Source: Candidatus Doudnabacteria bacterium (lineage in GTDB: Bacteria > Patescibacteriota > Doudnabacteria > UBA920 > O2-02-FULL-48-8). Taken from it: a DNA stretch of 54,408 nt. Position numbers and translations under genes: made by a program. Location: contig JAHFJG010000008.1 of assembly GCA_023246005.1 (NCBI GenBank), positions 1-54,408 of the forward strand, written 5' to 3'. Positions within the stretch are counted from its first letter, which is position 1. The number at the start of each line of letters is the position of its first letter. The notes beneath the pieces are model-generated. The model was not told the DNA's origin and did not search any database. It saw nothing but the letters and a program-made list of their open reading frames with translations. Below, one piece after another: positions 45,902 to 54,408 of the stretch.

Positions 45902-46956
45902 TCCTTCCCTATCAATATCGCTTGCTCGACTAATCGATTCGAGTATCCAAATTCGTTATCATACCAGGCCACGACTTTGACCATGTCCCCGTCCAGAACT
46001 TGGGTCAGAGATAAATCCACGATTGCCGAATGCGGATTGCCTATTATATCAGTCGAGACAATTGGGTCAGTCGTGACTTCCAAAACATTTTCCCACATCG
46101 GATTCTTGGCATATTCCATGAAGGCACTGTTGATTTCTGCAACCGTAGTTTTTTTATTTAAAATCAAAGTAAAATCCGACAGTGAGCCAACTGGAGTCGG
46201 CACGCGGTATGCCATGCCAGCCAGTAAACCCTTCATCTCTGGGATTGCTTCTGTAGTGGCGATCGTGGCTCCGGTGCTGGTCGGGATAATGTTTATCGCA
46301 GCCGCTCTAGCCCTGCGCAAATCGTCCGGCTTGCTGCCCGGCGGCGGGCCGTCAACCAAATTCTGTTCCGCTGTATATGAATGAATCGTGGACATCATCA
46401 TTTTTTTAACGCCGAATTTGGCATGCAACACCGCGATCACGGGTGTAATACAGTTAGTCGTACAAGAAGCGTTGGAAATTATTTTCTCATTCTTATATTT
46501 TTCATGATTCACGCCAATTATAAATGTCGGGGTCACACCCTCGTCATTCGCAGGCGCTGAAATAATCACTTTCTTGGCCCCAGCCCTAAGGTGCGCCTTG
46601 GCGGCTTCAGTGGTGATAAACCGGCCTGTGGATTCCAAAACCACATCTACGCTCAAATCTTTCCATGGCAGCAGGCTCGGATCTTTTTGCGCGAAAATCG
46701 GAAACCGCCTGCCATCCACGATTATGCTTCCAACCGAATAAGTCGTGGAGTTGGCTTTTTCTTTTTTATCATCGCTAGAAACTTTCCCGCCATATGGCCG
46801 GTATAATGAATCGTATCGCAAAAGGTGAGTCAAAACCTTTGGCTCTGTTAAATCATTAATCGCCACAATCTCAAGTTCTGGCTTGGTTTGCGCGATTTTA
46901 AAAGCATGCCGGCCAATCCGGCCAAAGCCATTGATTGCGACTTTTATTTTCACCAT
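45898..46956 (-). CDS. gap: glyceraldehyde-3-phosphate dehydrogenase type I
   Basis: INGFGRIGR, SNASCTTNC, WYDNEFGY. Confidence 0.97.
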   Translation of the reverse strand: MVKIKVAINGFGRIGRHAFKIAQTKPELEIVAINDLTEPKVLTHLLRYDSLYRPYGGKVSSDDKKEKANSTTYSVGSIIVDGRRFPIFAQKDPSLLPWKDLSVDVVLESTGRFITTEAAKAHLRAGAKKVIISAPANDEGVTPTFIIGVNHEKYKNEKIISNASCTTNCITPVIAVLHAKFGVKKMMMSTIHSYTAEQNLVDGPPPGSKPDDLRRARAAAINIIPTSTGATIATTEAIPEMKGLLAGMAYRVPTPVGSLSDFTLILNKKTTVAEINSAFMEYAKNPMWENVLEVTTDPIVSTDIIGNPHSAIVDLSLTQVLDGDMVKVVAWYDNEFGYSNRLVEQAILIGKE

Positions 46957-46960
46957 AAAT

Positions 46961-47107
46961 TTATTTAATGCTTAATAGAAAAACTGAAACAAACATGGCC
47001 CACACCAAAAAAATGATGTATTCGTCATTATTCCTGAATTCCAGATTCTTGCTTAAACTTTTTTCCCAATTGATTTCTTTTTGGAACCAATTTTTTTTCT
47101 TTGCCAT
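46961..47107 (-). CDS. 48-aa small membrane protein (below ORF-track cutoff)
   Basis: MAKKKNWFQKEINWEKSLSKNLEFRNNDEYIIFLVWAMFVSVFLLSIK; fills the fba-gap gap. Confidence 0.55.
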   Translation of the reverse strand: MAKKKNWFQKEINWEKSLSKNLEFRNNDEYIIFLVWAMFVSVFLLSIK

Positions 47108-47120
47108 ATTTTTTTAATTT

Positions 47121-48020
47121 TTAATTATTTTTAAATCTTTTTGCATGCCCGCTCGTCTTCATCAGCTTCAATTTTCTTTCCGCCATAGCCTGTAGCGCAT
47201 CAGTGGCTGGCCGGAATAATTTACGCGGATCATAAATTTGGGGATTTTTTTTAATATTTGTCCGAAGAGCTTTATTAAACGCCACCCGCAGATCTGTATC
47301 AATATTAAACACTGCTACTCCGTATTTAATTGCTGCCCGAATCTGATTATCCGGCACGCCTGATGCGCCATGCATGACCAGGGGAATCTTGACTTTTAGC
47401 CGAATCTGTCTCACTCGCTCAATATCGACATGCTCTTTCAGCGTTGATAGTATTTTTTTAATCCGCGGATCCACCGGAATGCCGTGGACAGAACCAACTG
47501 CAATCGCCAGCGTATCAATTCTGGTGTCAGCCACAAACTCCGCGGCTTGAATAGGATCAGTCATCAAATCATCTCCTGACTTCACGTTTTGCCAATCTTC
47601 ATTGCCCAGGATTCGTCCGAGTTCTGCCTGGACCCAGACTCCTTGCTTATGCGCATATGACACAACCTGTTTAGTCAGCTTCAGATTTTCTTTATAAGGC
47701 AGATGCGAGGCGTCAACCATGATGGATGAATAGCCGAGGTTGATTAATTTTTTAATCAAAACAAAATCATGACAATGATCTTGATGCAAAGCAATTGGAA
47801 CTGAAGCCTGGCGGGCTTCGACTTTAATAATGCCAATCAACTCTTCAATTCCCGCGTATTCCAGAGCGCCGACCGAGGTTTGGATGATCACAGGCGCTTT
47901 TTGTTTTTCCGCCGCCCTGACGATCCCTTGTGTCATTTCCAAATCAGATGTGTTAAAGGCCGGTACCGCATACTTGCCAAGCATTTTTTTGTGAATAATT
48001 CGGCCGATGTGTACTAGCAT
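47121..48020 (-). CDS. fba: class II fructose-bisphosphate aldolase
   Basis: AVPAFN, LHQDH, AVGSVHG, PLVMHGASG, NIDTD. Confidence 0.94.
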   Translation of the reverse strand: MLVHIGRIIHKKMLGKYAVPAFNTSDLEMTQGIVRAAEKQKAPVIIQTSVGALEYAGIEELIGIIKVEARQASVPIALHQDHCHDFVLIKKLINLGYSSIMVDASHLPYKENLKLTKQVVSYAHKQGVWVQAELGRILGNEDWQNVKSGDDLMTDPIQAAEFVADTRIDTLAIAVGSVHGIPVDPRIKKILSTLKEHVDIERVRQIRLKVKIPLVMHGASGVPDNQIRAAIKYGVAVFNIDTDLRVAFNKALRTNIKKNPQIYDPRKLFRPATDALQAMAERKLKLMKTSGHAKRFKNN

Positions 48021-48229
48021 TAAAACTTAGCTCCTGCCTTCAGAACGTCCCAGAGGTTAGGCAATTGGGCTTTATTATTTTTGGCATTGCACATGGCATA
48101 AGCTATATGGTAAGTGCAATTCCAGCCTTTTTCCTGGGTGACTCTTTTAATCCCGCGCCAGTATAAAAATAGTAATGCTACAATTGCTAGCAAGATAAGT
48201 TTGGTTCTAATTTTTTTCTTAATATACAT
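48020..48229 (-). CDS. small membrane hypothetical protein
   Basis: TM helix; overlaps both neighbours. Confidence 0.6.
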   Translation of the reverse strand: MYIKKKIRTKLILLAIVALLFLYWRGIKRVTQEKGWNCTYHIAYAMCNAKNNKAQLPNLWDVLKAGAKF

Positions 48230-48860
48230 ATTTGAAGATTTTTAACATATTGCCAAGCTTATTCCAAACATCTTTGTCATTAACTTGTGTGATTGTTACA
48301 TTCGGAGACTTTCCAAAATTAGCTGTATGAAAGTTCAAATTGATTTCATAACAAATATTATTATGCATAATCCGATAAGTCTTGCTTTCATAATAATTGC
48401 CTGCTTTGCGAGCCATATAATCAATCGTATAATAAGTGAGGCTGTTGATTATTTCATCATGAGGTTTTGACAATTTCTGAACTTTAATAGTAAAGGTCTT
48501 GCATTTGGCTTCAGTAATGTTCTTGGCCGCATCAATAAATACATACGCCTCGACAAAATTGCTATTGGGATAAAGACTTTGAGGCAAATCAATGCTTGCA
48601 ATTAGGTTTGCGTTAGCCTCAAATCCGTATGGGTCCAATCCAATTTCAAACTTATCTTGATAGTTGGTGGCTAAAATATAATTTACAGGGTACTGGATTT
48701 CAAATCCGTATGCCTTATTGGTGTAAACTTTGACGCCTGTTTGACTGTCTAAAATTTGTAAATTAGAAATATTGTTGTTTATTTTTTGATAATAAACCAA
48801 ACTGACTACTGCAGCAAAGGCTAAAAATATAAAAATATATCCAAGCATTTTTTGTTTCAT
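48219..48860 (-). CDS. membrane-anchored hypothetical protein (PsbP-like)
   Basis: N-terminal TM, YTNKAYGFEIQYP; AT-rich. Confidence 0.65.
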   Translation of the reverse strand: MKQKMLGYIFIFLAFAAVVSLVYYQKINNNISNLQILDSQTGVKVYTNKAYGFEIQYPVNYILATNYQDKFEIGLDPYGFEANANLIASIDLPQSLYPNSNFVEAYVFIDAAKNITEAKCKTFTIKVQKLSKPHDEIINSLTYYTIDYMARKAGNYYESKTYRIMHNNICYEINLNFHTANFGKSPNVTITQVNDKDVWNKLGNMLKIFKYVY

Positions 48861-49822
48861 ACAAGCTTAACTAAATTCGGCGGCACTTCGCCCTTAAGCG
48901 CCGCAATAATATTTTCCGCTGCCACCTTGCTCATATTATTTCTGGCTTCGATTGTGGCAGAAGCGGTGTGCGGAGTAATGACAATATTAGGAAGCTCACT
49001 CAAACCAGCAGTTAGTTTCGGCTCAAACTCCCAAACATCGATTCCGGCGCCGAAAATATCGCCTTTTTTCAAAGCTTCCAAAAGCGCTGCTTCATCCACA
49101 ACCGGGCCGCGAGATGTATTCACAAACACTGCGGTTTTTTTCATCATCTCAAATTGCTTGGTAGAAAATAAATGGCGGGTCGAATCAAGCAGCGGCACGT
49201 GGACAGAGATGAAATCAGAAGTTTTCAGGAGCTCATCCATTTCTACATTCTTGGAACCAATTTCTGCGTCCAATTCGGCATTTGGTTTCTGATCATGGTA
49301 TAAAATTCGCATGCTAAATCCTTTGGCCGCGCGTTTGGCGAGCGCGGAACCAATCCGGCCCAGGCCCACTATGCCCAAAGTTTTGCCAAAGACATCTTGG
49401 CCAAGCAAAAGAAACGGCTGCCAGCCCGTGTATTTGCCAGCCCTGGCAAACCGATCAGATTCCGCAATTCTTCTGGCTGCTGCCATCATTAATGCAAAAG
49501 CCTGATCTGCCACAGCATCAGTTAAGACATCTGGAGTATTGGTGATCAAAACACGCCGAGTCTCTGCGTCTTTCAAATTAATGTTATCATAGCCCACAGC
49601 ATAATTAGCTACAACCTTCAGCTGCTTGCCAGCGGCATCCAAAATTTCCTCATCAATCTTATCAGTAAGTTGTGACAAAATCGCCTCCACGCCTGAGACC
49701 TTCTGCTTTAATTCGTCACGCGTTAAGGGTCGGTCAAGTTCTGAAACTTCAACCATATGGCCAGCTTGAGCTAATAAATCCAAACCAACCTGCGGAATTT
49801 TTCTGGTGACAAATACCTTCAT
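48857..49822 (-). CDS. D-2-hydroxyacid dehydrogenase (glyoxylate reductase / D-glycerate dehydrogenase)
   Basis: AVGYDN, GLGRIG, VNTSRG, DVWEFEP, TPHTAS. Confidence 0.93.
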   Translation of the reverse strand: MKVFVTRKIPQVGLDLLAQAGHMVEVSELDRPLTRDELKQKVSGVEAILSQLTDKIDEEILDAAGKQLKVVANYAVGYDNINLKDAETRRVLITNTPDVLTDAVADQAFALMMAAARRIAESDRFARAGKYTGWQPFLLLGQDVFGKTLGIVGLGRIGSALAKRAAKGFSMRILYHDQKPNAELDAEIGSKNVEMDELLKTSDFISVHVPLLDSTRHLFSTKQFEMMKKTAVFVNTSRGPVVDEAALLEALKKGDIFGAGIDVWEFEPKLTAGLSELPNIVITPHTASATIEARNNMSKVAAENIIAALKGEVPPNLVKLV

Positions 49823-49823
49823 T

Positions 49824-50804
49824 TTATATTTCTTTAGCCCGGAATTTTGGGTGAGTTTTTAAATATCTTTCTATTTGGGGTCTGGTCTGCAGGCCAGCGT
49901 GCGGGCCGACGAATTGCACGACATTACCCCCGTTGATTGTGCCCCAGGCAATCGCGTCACTGATGGGCATGCCATAAAAAATCGCGCCAGTAAAAGCCGT
50001 GGCGTAAGCATCCCCAGCTCCAGTAGCCTCGACATGAGGGCCTTCGTATTCATCTAAATACCAAATCTTGTTTGAACCATTAGAAGCATATGATCCCTGT
50101 CGGCCATCGGTGATAACTGCAATTTTCGCTCCCAATTTGTGCATGCCGTTAAGCAAAGTTTTCACATTTCTCGTGCTTTGTTTTAAAACTAATTGCGCTT
50201 CTTCGCGATTAAGAAACAAAATTTCTGTGCGTTTGTAAATACCTTTGAGTTTGCCAACACCCATGCGCATTTGGAAAGTGCCGGGGTTGAATGATAACTT
50301 TATCTTGGGATTACGATTCAAAAATTTCTCTATCTCTTTATGAAACTTCTCCGTGCCTGCGGCCATGGAGGAAAAATAAATCCATTTTGTATCAAGTTTG
50401 TGAGGAAGTTTATAAGCAAACTTATTGTGCTTAATCAATATTGTCCGCTCGCCTTGAAACGAAAGCACAAAGTGAAAATTGGTCTGGACGCCTTTGTTAA
50501 TATGGATAAACTGGGTGTCAATGCCCTCTTGTTTCAATTCACGAATAATTTTTTGGCCATTTTCGTCACTCCCAACAGATGTGACGAAGGCATCTTTCAA
50601 TCCTAGCCTGGCTGAACCAATGGCGTTGTTCGTGGAATTGCCAGCTGGCAGCATAGTCAGCTTTTCATAAGGCACTTTGTCGGCATAAGATAAGCAAAGC
50701 TGGCAGTTGGTATGGTCAATAGCGCAATGCACCGAAGCTTCATGTAGTTCGATAAACGCATCGATTGTCGTGTCCCCAATCGAAACTATGTCGTATTTGG
50801 CCAT
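49824..50804 (-). CDS. PfkB-family carbohydrate kinase
   Basis: GNSTNNAIGSARLG, ATGAGDAY. Confidence 0.9.
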   Translation of the reverse strand: MAKYDIVSIGDTTIDAFIELHEASVHCAIDHTNCQLCLSYADKVPYEKLTMLPAGNSTNNAIGSARLGLKDAFVTSVGSDENGQKIIRELKQEGIDTQFIHINKGVQTNFHFVLSFQGERTILIKHNKFAYKLPHKLDTKWIYFSSMAAGTEKFHKEIEKFLNRNPKIKLSFNPGTFQMRMGVGKLKGIYKRTEILFLNREEAQLVLKQSTRNVKTLLNGMHKLGAKIAVITDGRQGSYASNGSNKIWYLDEYEGPHVEATGAGDAYATAFTGAIFYGMPISDAIAWGTINGGNVVQFVGPHAGLQTRPQIERYLKTHPKFRAKEI

Positions 50805-50873
50805 TTTTGTTTCAAAAAATTATGATTTACTGCCTATATTATAGTGAATTATTAATTTTTTGGCAAGAAAACA

Positions 50874-50897
50874 AAAAAAACCTCCGAAGAGGTCTTT
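50874..50897 (-). terminator. intrinsic terminator
   Basis: ACCTC-ttcg-GAGGT followed by long T-tract on minus strand. Confidence 0.65.
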
Positions 50898-50906
50898 AAA
50901 ATCAAA

Positions 50907-51881
50907 TTACTTTCGGCTGATTACTTTCTTCACGGCTTCAATGATTCCTTTGCTATCCATTTTCCATTTGGCAATCAGTTCGTTTGGCTCGCCGCTCTCG
51001 CCGAAGTGATCCGGCATGCCGACAAATTCCTGCGGCACGGGAAAGTTGCGTGTCAAAACTTCAGCCACTGCTGATCCCACCCCGCCTTGGACTTGATGTT
51101 CTTCGGCAGATACAAGACAACCGGTTTTTTTTACAGAAGTCGTAATCGTTTGCTCATCAATTGGCTTGACTGACACAATATTGATCACTTCGCACTCGAT
51201 TCCTTCTTTGGCTAGTTCATTGGCCGCTTGAAGAGCATAATAAACTTGGGGACCAGCCGCGGCAATGGTGACATCCTTGCCTTCACGGAACACAAAAGCT
51301 TTGCCAATTTCAAATGGAGTTTCCTCAATTGTAAACTGCGGGGTTTTTTCCCGCGCTAAACGAATGTAAACAGGGCCGTTCATTTTGCCTGCGGCGATGG
51401 TTGCTTTCCTGGCCTCAATCGCATCAGCCGGCACCAGCACAGTCATACGTGGAAGCACACGAGTAATCGCAATGTCTTCCATGGCTTGATGTGTCGCGCC
51501 ATCCGGACCAACGGAAATCCCGGCGTGAGAGCCAATAATTTTGACGTTGTTGCCGCTGTAGCAAATTGAGACGCGAATCTGATCCCAATTGCGGCCAGGT
51601 GAAAACGTGGCGTATGAAGTAATAAACGGAATAAATCCTTCATGCGCTAAACCTGCTCCCAAGCCAGCCAAATTTTGTTCAGCAACACCCACTTCGATGA
51701 ATCTCTCGGGAAAAGCTTTGGCAAATTCTCCCATTTTCGTAGATTCAGTCAGATCGCAACAAAGCCCGACGATCTTGTCGTTTTCTTTGGCCAAAATCAC
51801 CAGACCCTCGCCGTATCCTTTTCGAATCGGTTCTTGCTTGATATCAGAGCCAAATAAATTGTCGACTAATTTAATCGGCAT
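50907..51881 (-). CDS. transketolase, C-terminal subunit
   Basis: GVAEQN, GPDGATHQ, PVYIRL, EEHQ..GG; start taken at ATG 51881. Confidence 0.94.
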   Translation of the reverse strand: MPIKLVDNLFGSDIKQEPIRKGYGEGLVILAKENDKIVGLCCDLTESTKMGEFAKAFPERFIEVGVAEQNLAGLGAGLAHEGFIPFITSYATFSPGRNWDQIRVSICYSGNNVKIIGSHAGISVGPDGATHQAMEDIAITRVLPRMTVLVPADAIEARKATIAAGKMNGPVYIRLAREKTPQFTIEETPFEIGKAFVFREGKDVTIAAAGPQVYYALQAANELAKEGIECEVINIVSVKPIDEQTITTSVKKTGCLVSAEEHQVQGGVGSAVAEVLTRNFPVPQEFVGMPDHFGESGEPNELIAKWKMDSKGIIEAVKKVISRK

Positions 51882-51885
51882 GGAG

Positions 51886-52173
51886 TTAAGCAGCTTTTCC
51901 ATAAAAATTTTGAGTCAATTTATCAGCTTCAATCACAGCCAGTTGGCTTTCTGGATCCAATGAACTAAATTTATCGGGGGTCAAAAGTTGTGTTTCAACC
52001 AAAAAATTATGAACCTTTTCTTGTGCCTTATAAACTTTGGATTCATCTCCTGACAATAAAGCCTCTTCGTATTCTACGTTTAACTTTGACAATTTAAGAA
52101 TTGTTTCATTATGTAGCGGATACTCACTTGGCCTTTCTTCTGGCGGTAAGTAATCTGGACTGACTTTACTCAT
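51886..52173 (-). CDS. hypothetical protein between the transketolase subunits
   Basis: 95 aa, overlaps the upstream stop, 4 nt from the next start. Confidence 0.6.
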   Translation of the reverse strand: MSKVSPDYLPPEERPSEYPLHNETILKLSKLNVEYEEALLSGDESKVYKAQEKVHNFLVETQLLTPDKFSSLDPESQLAVIEADKLTQNFYGKAA

Positions 52174-53020
52174 GCTCGCTCCTTATCTTCCCTCCCAACG
52201 TTCTTAATTCTTCCAAAGCTTTTTTCGCTTGCTCGTCGTTTGGAGGCACGCCATGCCATTCATATCTGTATTCCATAAAATCCACGCCTTTTCCTGGGAT
52301 AGTGTGGCAAATAATCATAGTTGGTTTTTCGTAAATCGCTTTGGCTTCATTGCACGCGTCAATAATTTCGCGCATATTATGCCCATCAACTTCCAAAACA
52401 TGCCAGCCAAACGCTTCCCATTTCTGTTTGAACGGTTCCAGCGGCATTACGTCTTCTGTGTAGCCGTCAATCTGAATGTTATTGCGATCAATCAAGCCGG
52501 TTAAATTTCGAAGCTTATTTTTGCCAGCAAACATGGCAGCTTCCCAAATTTGGCCTTCTTCCTGTTCGCCATCACTCATGACACAATATACCCGCCACGG
52601 CTCTTTTTTGAGTTTCAAACCGGCATATGCCATGCCAACGGCTTGTGAAAGCCCCTGGCCCAGGGGCCCGGAAGAATTTTCGCCACCAGGCAAAACTTCG
52701 TTGTGAGGATGCCCATGCAATCTAGTTCCTAGTTTTCTCAAAGAAGCCAGTTCTGAAGTTGGAAAAAAGCCGGCGTGCGCCAATGCCGCATACCACACCG
52801 GACAAATATGACCACAAGACAAAACAAACCGGTCGCGCAGCGGCATCTGTGGATTTCTCGCGTCATAATGTAGAATCCCGCCAAAATATAATGCCGTAAA
52901 CACATCAGCCATGCCCAAAGGCCCAGCACTATGGCCGGATTTGGCAGCAAGCAACATTTTAATAATGTCCTGCCTTATTTCATTGGCTTTTTCTTCGAGT
53001 TGTTTAACAGTATATTCCAT
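52166..53020 (-). CDS. transketolase, N-terminal subunit
   Basis: DRFVLSCGH, GPLGQG, SDGE..EG..WEA TPP motif; start ATG 53020. Confidence 0.94.
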   Translation of the reverse strand: MEYTVKQLEEKANEIRQDIIKMLLAAKSGHSAGPLGMADVFTALYFGGILHYDARNPQMPLRDRFVLSCGHICPVWYAALAHAGFFPTSELASLRKLGTRLHGHPHNEVLPGGENSSGPLGQGLSQAVGMAYAGLKLKKEPWRVYCVMSDGEQEEGQIWEAAMFAGKNKLRNLTGLIDRNNIQIDGYTEDVMPLEPFKQKWEAFGWHVLEVDGHNMREIIDACNEAKAIYEKPTMIICHTIPGKGVDFMEYRYEWHGVPPNDEQAKKALEELRTLGGKIRSEHE

Positions 53021-53021
53021 T

Positions 53022-53678
53022 TTATGATTCAATATCAAGTTTCAAGGTCTCAATCGCCATCTCTTCGTCTTCTGATCGCAAGATTGCCGAGCCGGCTACT
53101 AAAATATCAGCGCCAACGTTTGCGCATTGCCTGGCGATCCCGACTCTGATCCCGCCATCTACGATAATTATGACATTTTTGCTAAGCGCTCGCAATTCTC
53201 TTATTTTATCAACTGTCGAAGGAATGAATGACCGAGTCTGGAATCCAGGATGAATGCCCATAATCTGAACGATTCCAACTAACGGCAAAAATTTTGCAAT
53301 CAAATGAAGAGGGGTTTCAGGATTAATGGCAATGCCAGGTCGCAATTCCATGGAATCTGCAGTTCTAATAGCGTTTTTAATTTCATCATCACTATTAAAA
53401 GCTTCAAAGTGAAATATGACCCATTTGAATCCTGCGTTTTTCGCATCAGCAAAGTATATCTGCGGATTCAGCGTCATGAGGTGGGCAACTAAGAATAGCG
53501 GAGACGCTTTAAGAAATCCCAAATCCATGGGCATCACTGTTTTGCTTGGTACAAATTCCCCATCGCAAAAATCCACATGGAGCTTGATAAAATAATGACT
53601 CAAAGCAAAAATCCCCGCGTAAGTTTTGCGGAAATCATTGATGTCATTGGTTAGGATAGCTGGTGCGATTTCGGTCAT
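53022..53678 (-). CDS. rpe: ribulose-phosphate 3-epimerase
   Basis: IAPAIL, HVDFCDG, AHLM, MGIHPGF, VDGGI. Confidence 0.92.
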   Translation of the reverse strand: MTEIAPAILTNDINDFRKTYAGIFALSHYFIKLHVDFCDGEFVPSKTVMPMDLGFLKASPLFLVAHLMTLNPQIYFADAKNAGFKWVIFHFEAFNSDDEIKNAIRTADSMELRPGIAINPETPLHLIAKFLPLVGIVQIMGIHPGFQTRSFIPSTVDKIRELRALSKNVIIIVDGGIRVGIARQCANVGADILVAGSAILRSEDEEMAIETLKLDIES

Positions 53679-53738
53679 TGGTTAATATGCTTAAAGCCGA
53701 TCTCGGGAAATGTCAGCTCTTGAATCAGCATCCGAGCG

Positions 53739-54191
53739 TTATAAATTTATATCAATCTTTTTCACTTTATTTACTCTTCTCACAAACCGCTCTTCACCTG
53801 AAGCAAACGGTGTGGTTAAAAATTTATGAACAATGGCTTTGGCGTTATCCAAAGTCACATAGTCTGCTGGCAAACAAACAATATTGGCGTCATCATCATT
53901 GCGCGCCGCATGCGCTGAATGTTCGTTCCATACAAGGGCTGCGCGCGCGCCTTTGGCTTTATTGGCCACAATACACTCGCCTTGACCCGAGCGGCAGGCC
54001 AGAATGCCAAAAGTCCCAGGCTGGCTACCGACTTTCACTGCCACTGGCCAGGCAAAATCGGGATAATCATCGTCTGATTTAAATTCTTTGGCTCCCATGT
54101 CTTCAAACTCAAAATTCCAATCATTAAGCCAGTTTTTTATCTCTTCTTTTAATTTAAATCCGCCGTGATCAGCGCCTAGATATACTTTCAT
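53739..54191 (-). CDS. rpiB: ribose-5-phosphate isomerase B
   Basis: GADHGGFKLK, DYPD, CRSGQG, ANK. Confidence 0.92.
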   Translation of the reverse strand: MKVYLGADHGGFKLKEEIKNWLNDWNFEFEDMGAKEFKSDDDYPDFAWPVAVKVGSQPGTFGILACRSGQGECIVANKAKGARAALVWNEHSAHAARNDDDANIVCLPADYVTLDNAKAIVHKFLTTPFASGEERFVRRVNKVKKIDINL

Positions 54192-54287
54192 CCCGTTAGA
54201 AATAATGATTAGTTAATTAATAAATATAGTTAAATCTTAAAAAAATATTATTACGATAAAACAAATTATGTAAAATTTCTAACGGGA
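54191..54287. mobile_element. 97-bp MITE-like element
   Basis: Terminal IR TCCCGTTAGAAAT / ATTTCTAACGGGA, AT-rich interior, TTCA duplicated at 54187-54190 and 54288-54291. Confidence 0.75.
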
Positions 54288-54288
54288 T

Positions 54289-54408
54289 TCACGTATGATG
54301 AATACTTTCTCTGTTAAATTCTTTCACCACTTCCCAGAAATTTTCTGAATCAAGACTCGCGGCGCCTATCAATGCTCCATCAATTTGCGGAAACCTGGCA
54401 TACTCGCT
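54289..54408 (-). CDS. tpiA: triosephosphate isomerase, C-terminal fragment (truncated by window edge)
   Basis: Translates to SEYARFPQIDGALIGAASLDSENFWEVVKEF...*. Confidence 0.85.
   Translation of the reverse strand, partial: SEYARFPQIDGALIGAASLDSENFWEVVKEFNRESIHHT

Noticed and set aside
86..54082. Many short antisense or nested ORFs in the six-frame track
   Set aside because: They lie within well-supported genes and show no motifs or expression signals

Overview
Chromosomal segment of a low-GC bacterium with a reduced, Patescibacteria (CPR)-like gene complement; the taxonomy is an inference from the archaeal-type PyrH, two MreB paralogues, PaaX/Cas2-like small proteins and many apparently leaderless genes. 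Most genes are on the minus strand. They cover cell wall and shape (alr, ddl, a VanX-family dipeptidase, ftsQ, mreBCD-mrdA, murA, murB, mreB2), translation (rplU, serS, lysS, proS, frr), DNA metabolism (recR, recJ, rnhA, holB), surface glycosylation, and a pentose-phosphate/glycolysis cluster. No rRNA, tRNA, CRISPR array, transposase or integrase was seen. The unusual signals are non-coding. (1) Three small DNA-binding genes, one TrpR/YerC-like and two wHTH + Cas2/PaaX-fold, are each bracketed by direct copies of a 30-38 bp palindromic site that overlaps their promoter. (2) A family of small inverted-repeat elements has 4-bp target-site duplications whose removal restores intact gene junctions; two members share a covarying pseudoknot-like core. 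(3) A ~245-nt highly structured RNA candidate has its own sigma70 promoter and terminator and lies next to a DnaA-box array. (4) Orphan plus-strand ORFs are driven by bidirectional promoters sharing one -35 core. (5) Heptamer repeat arrays occur at gene junctions and inside coding sequence.
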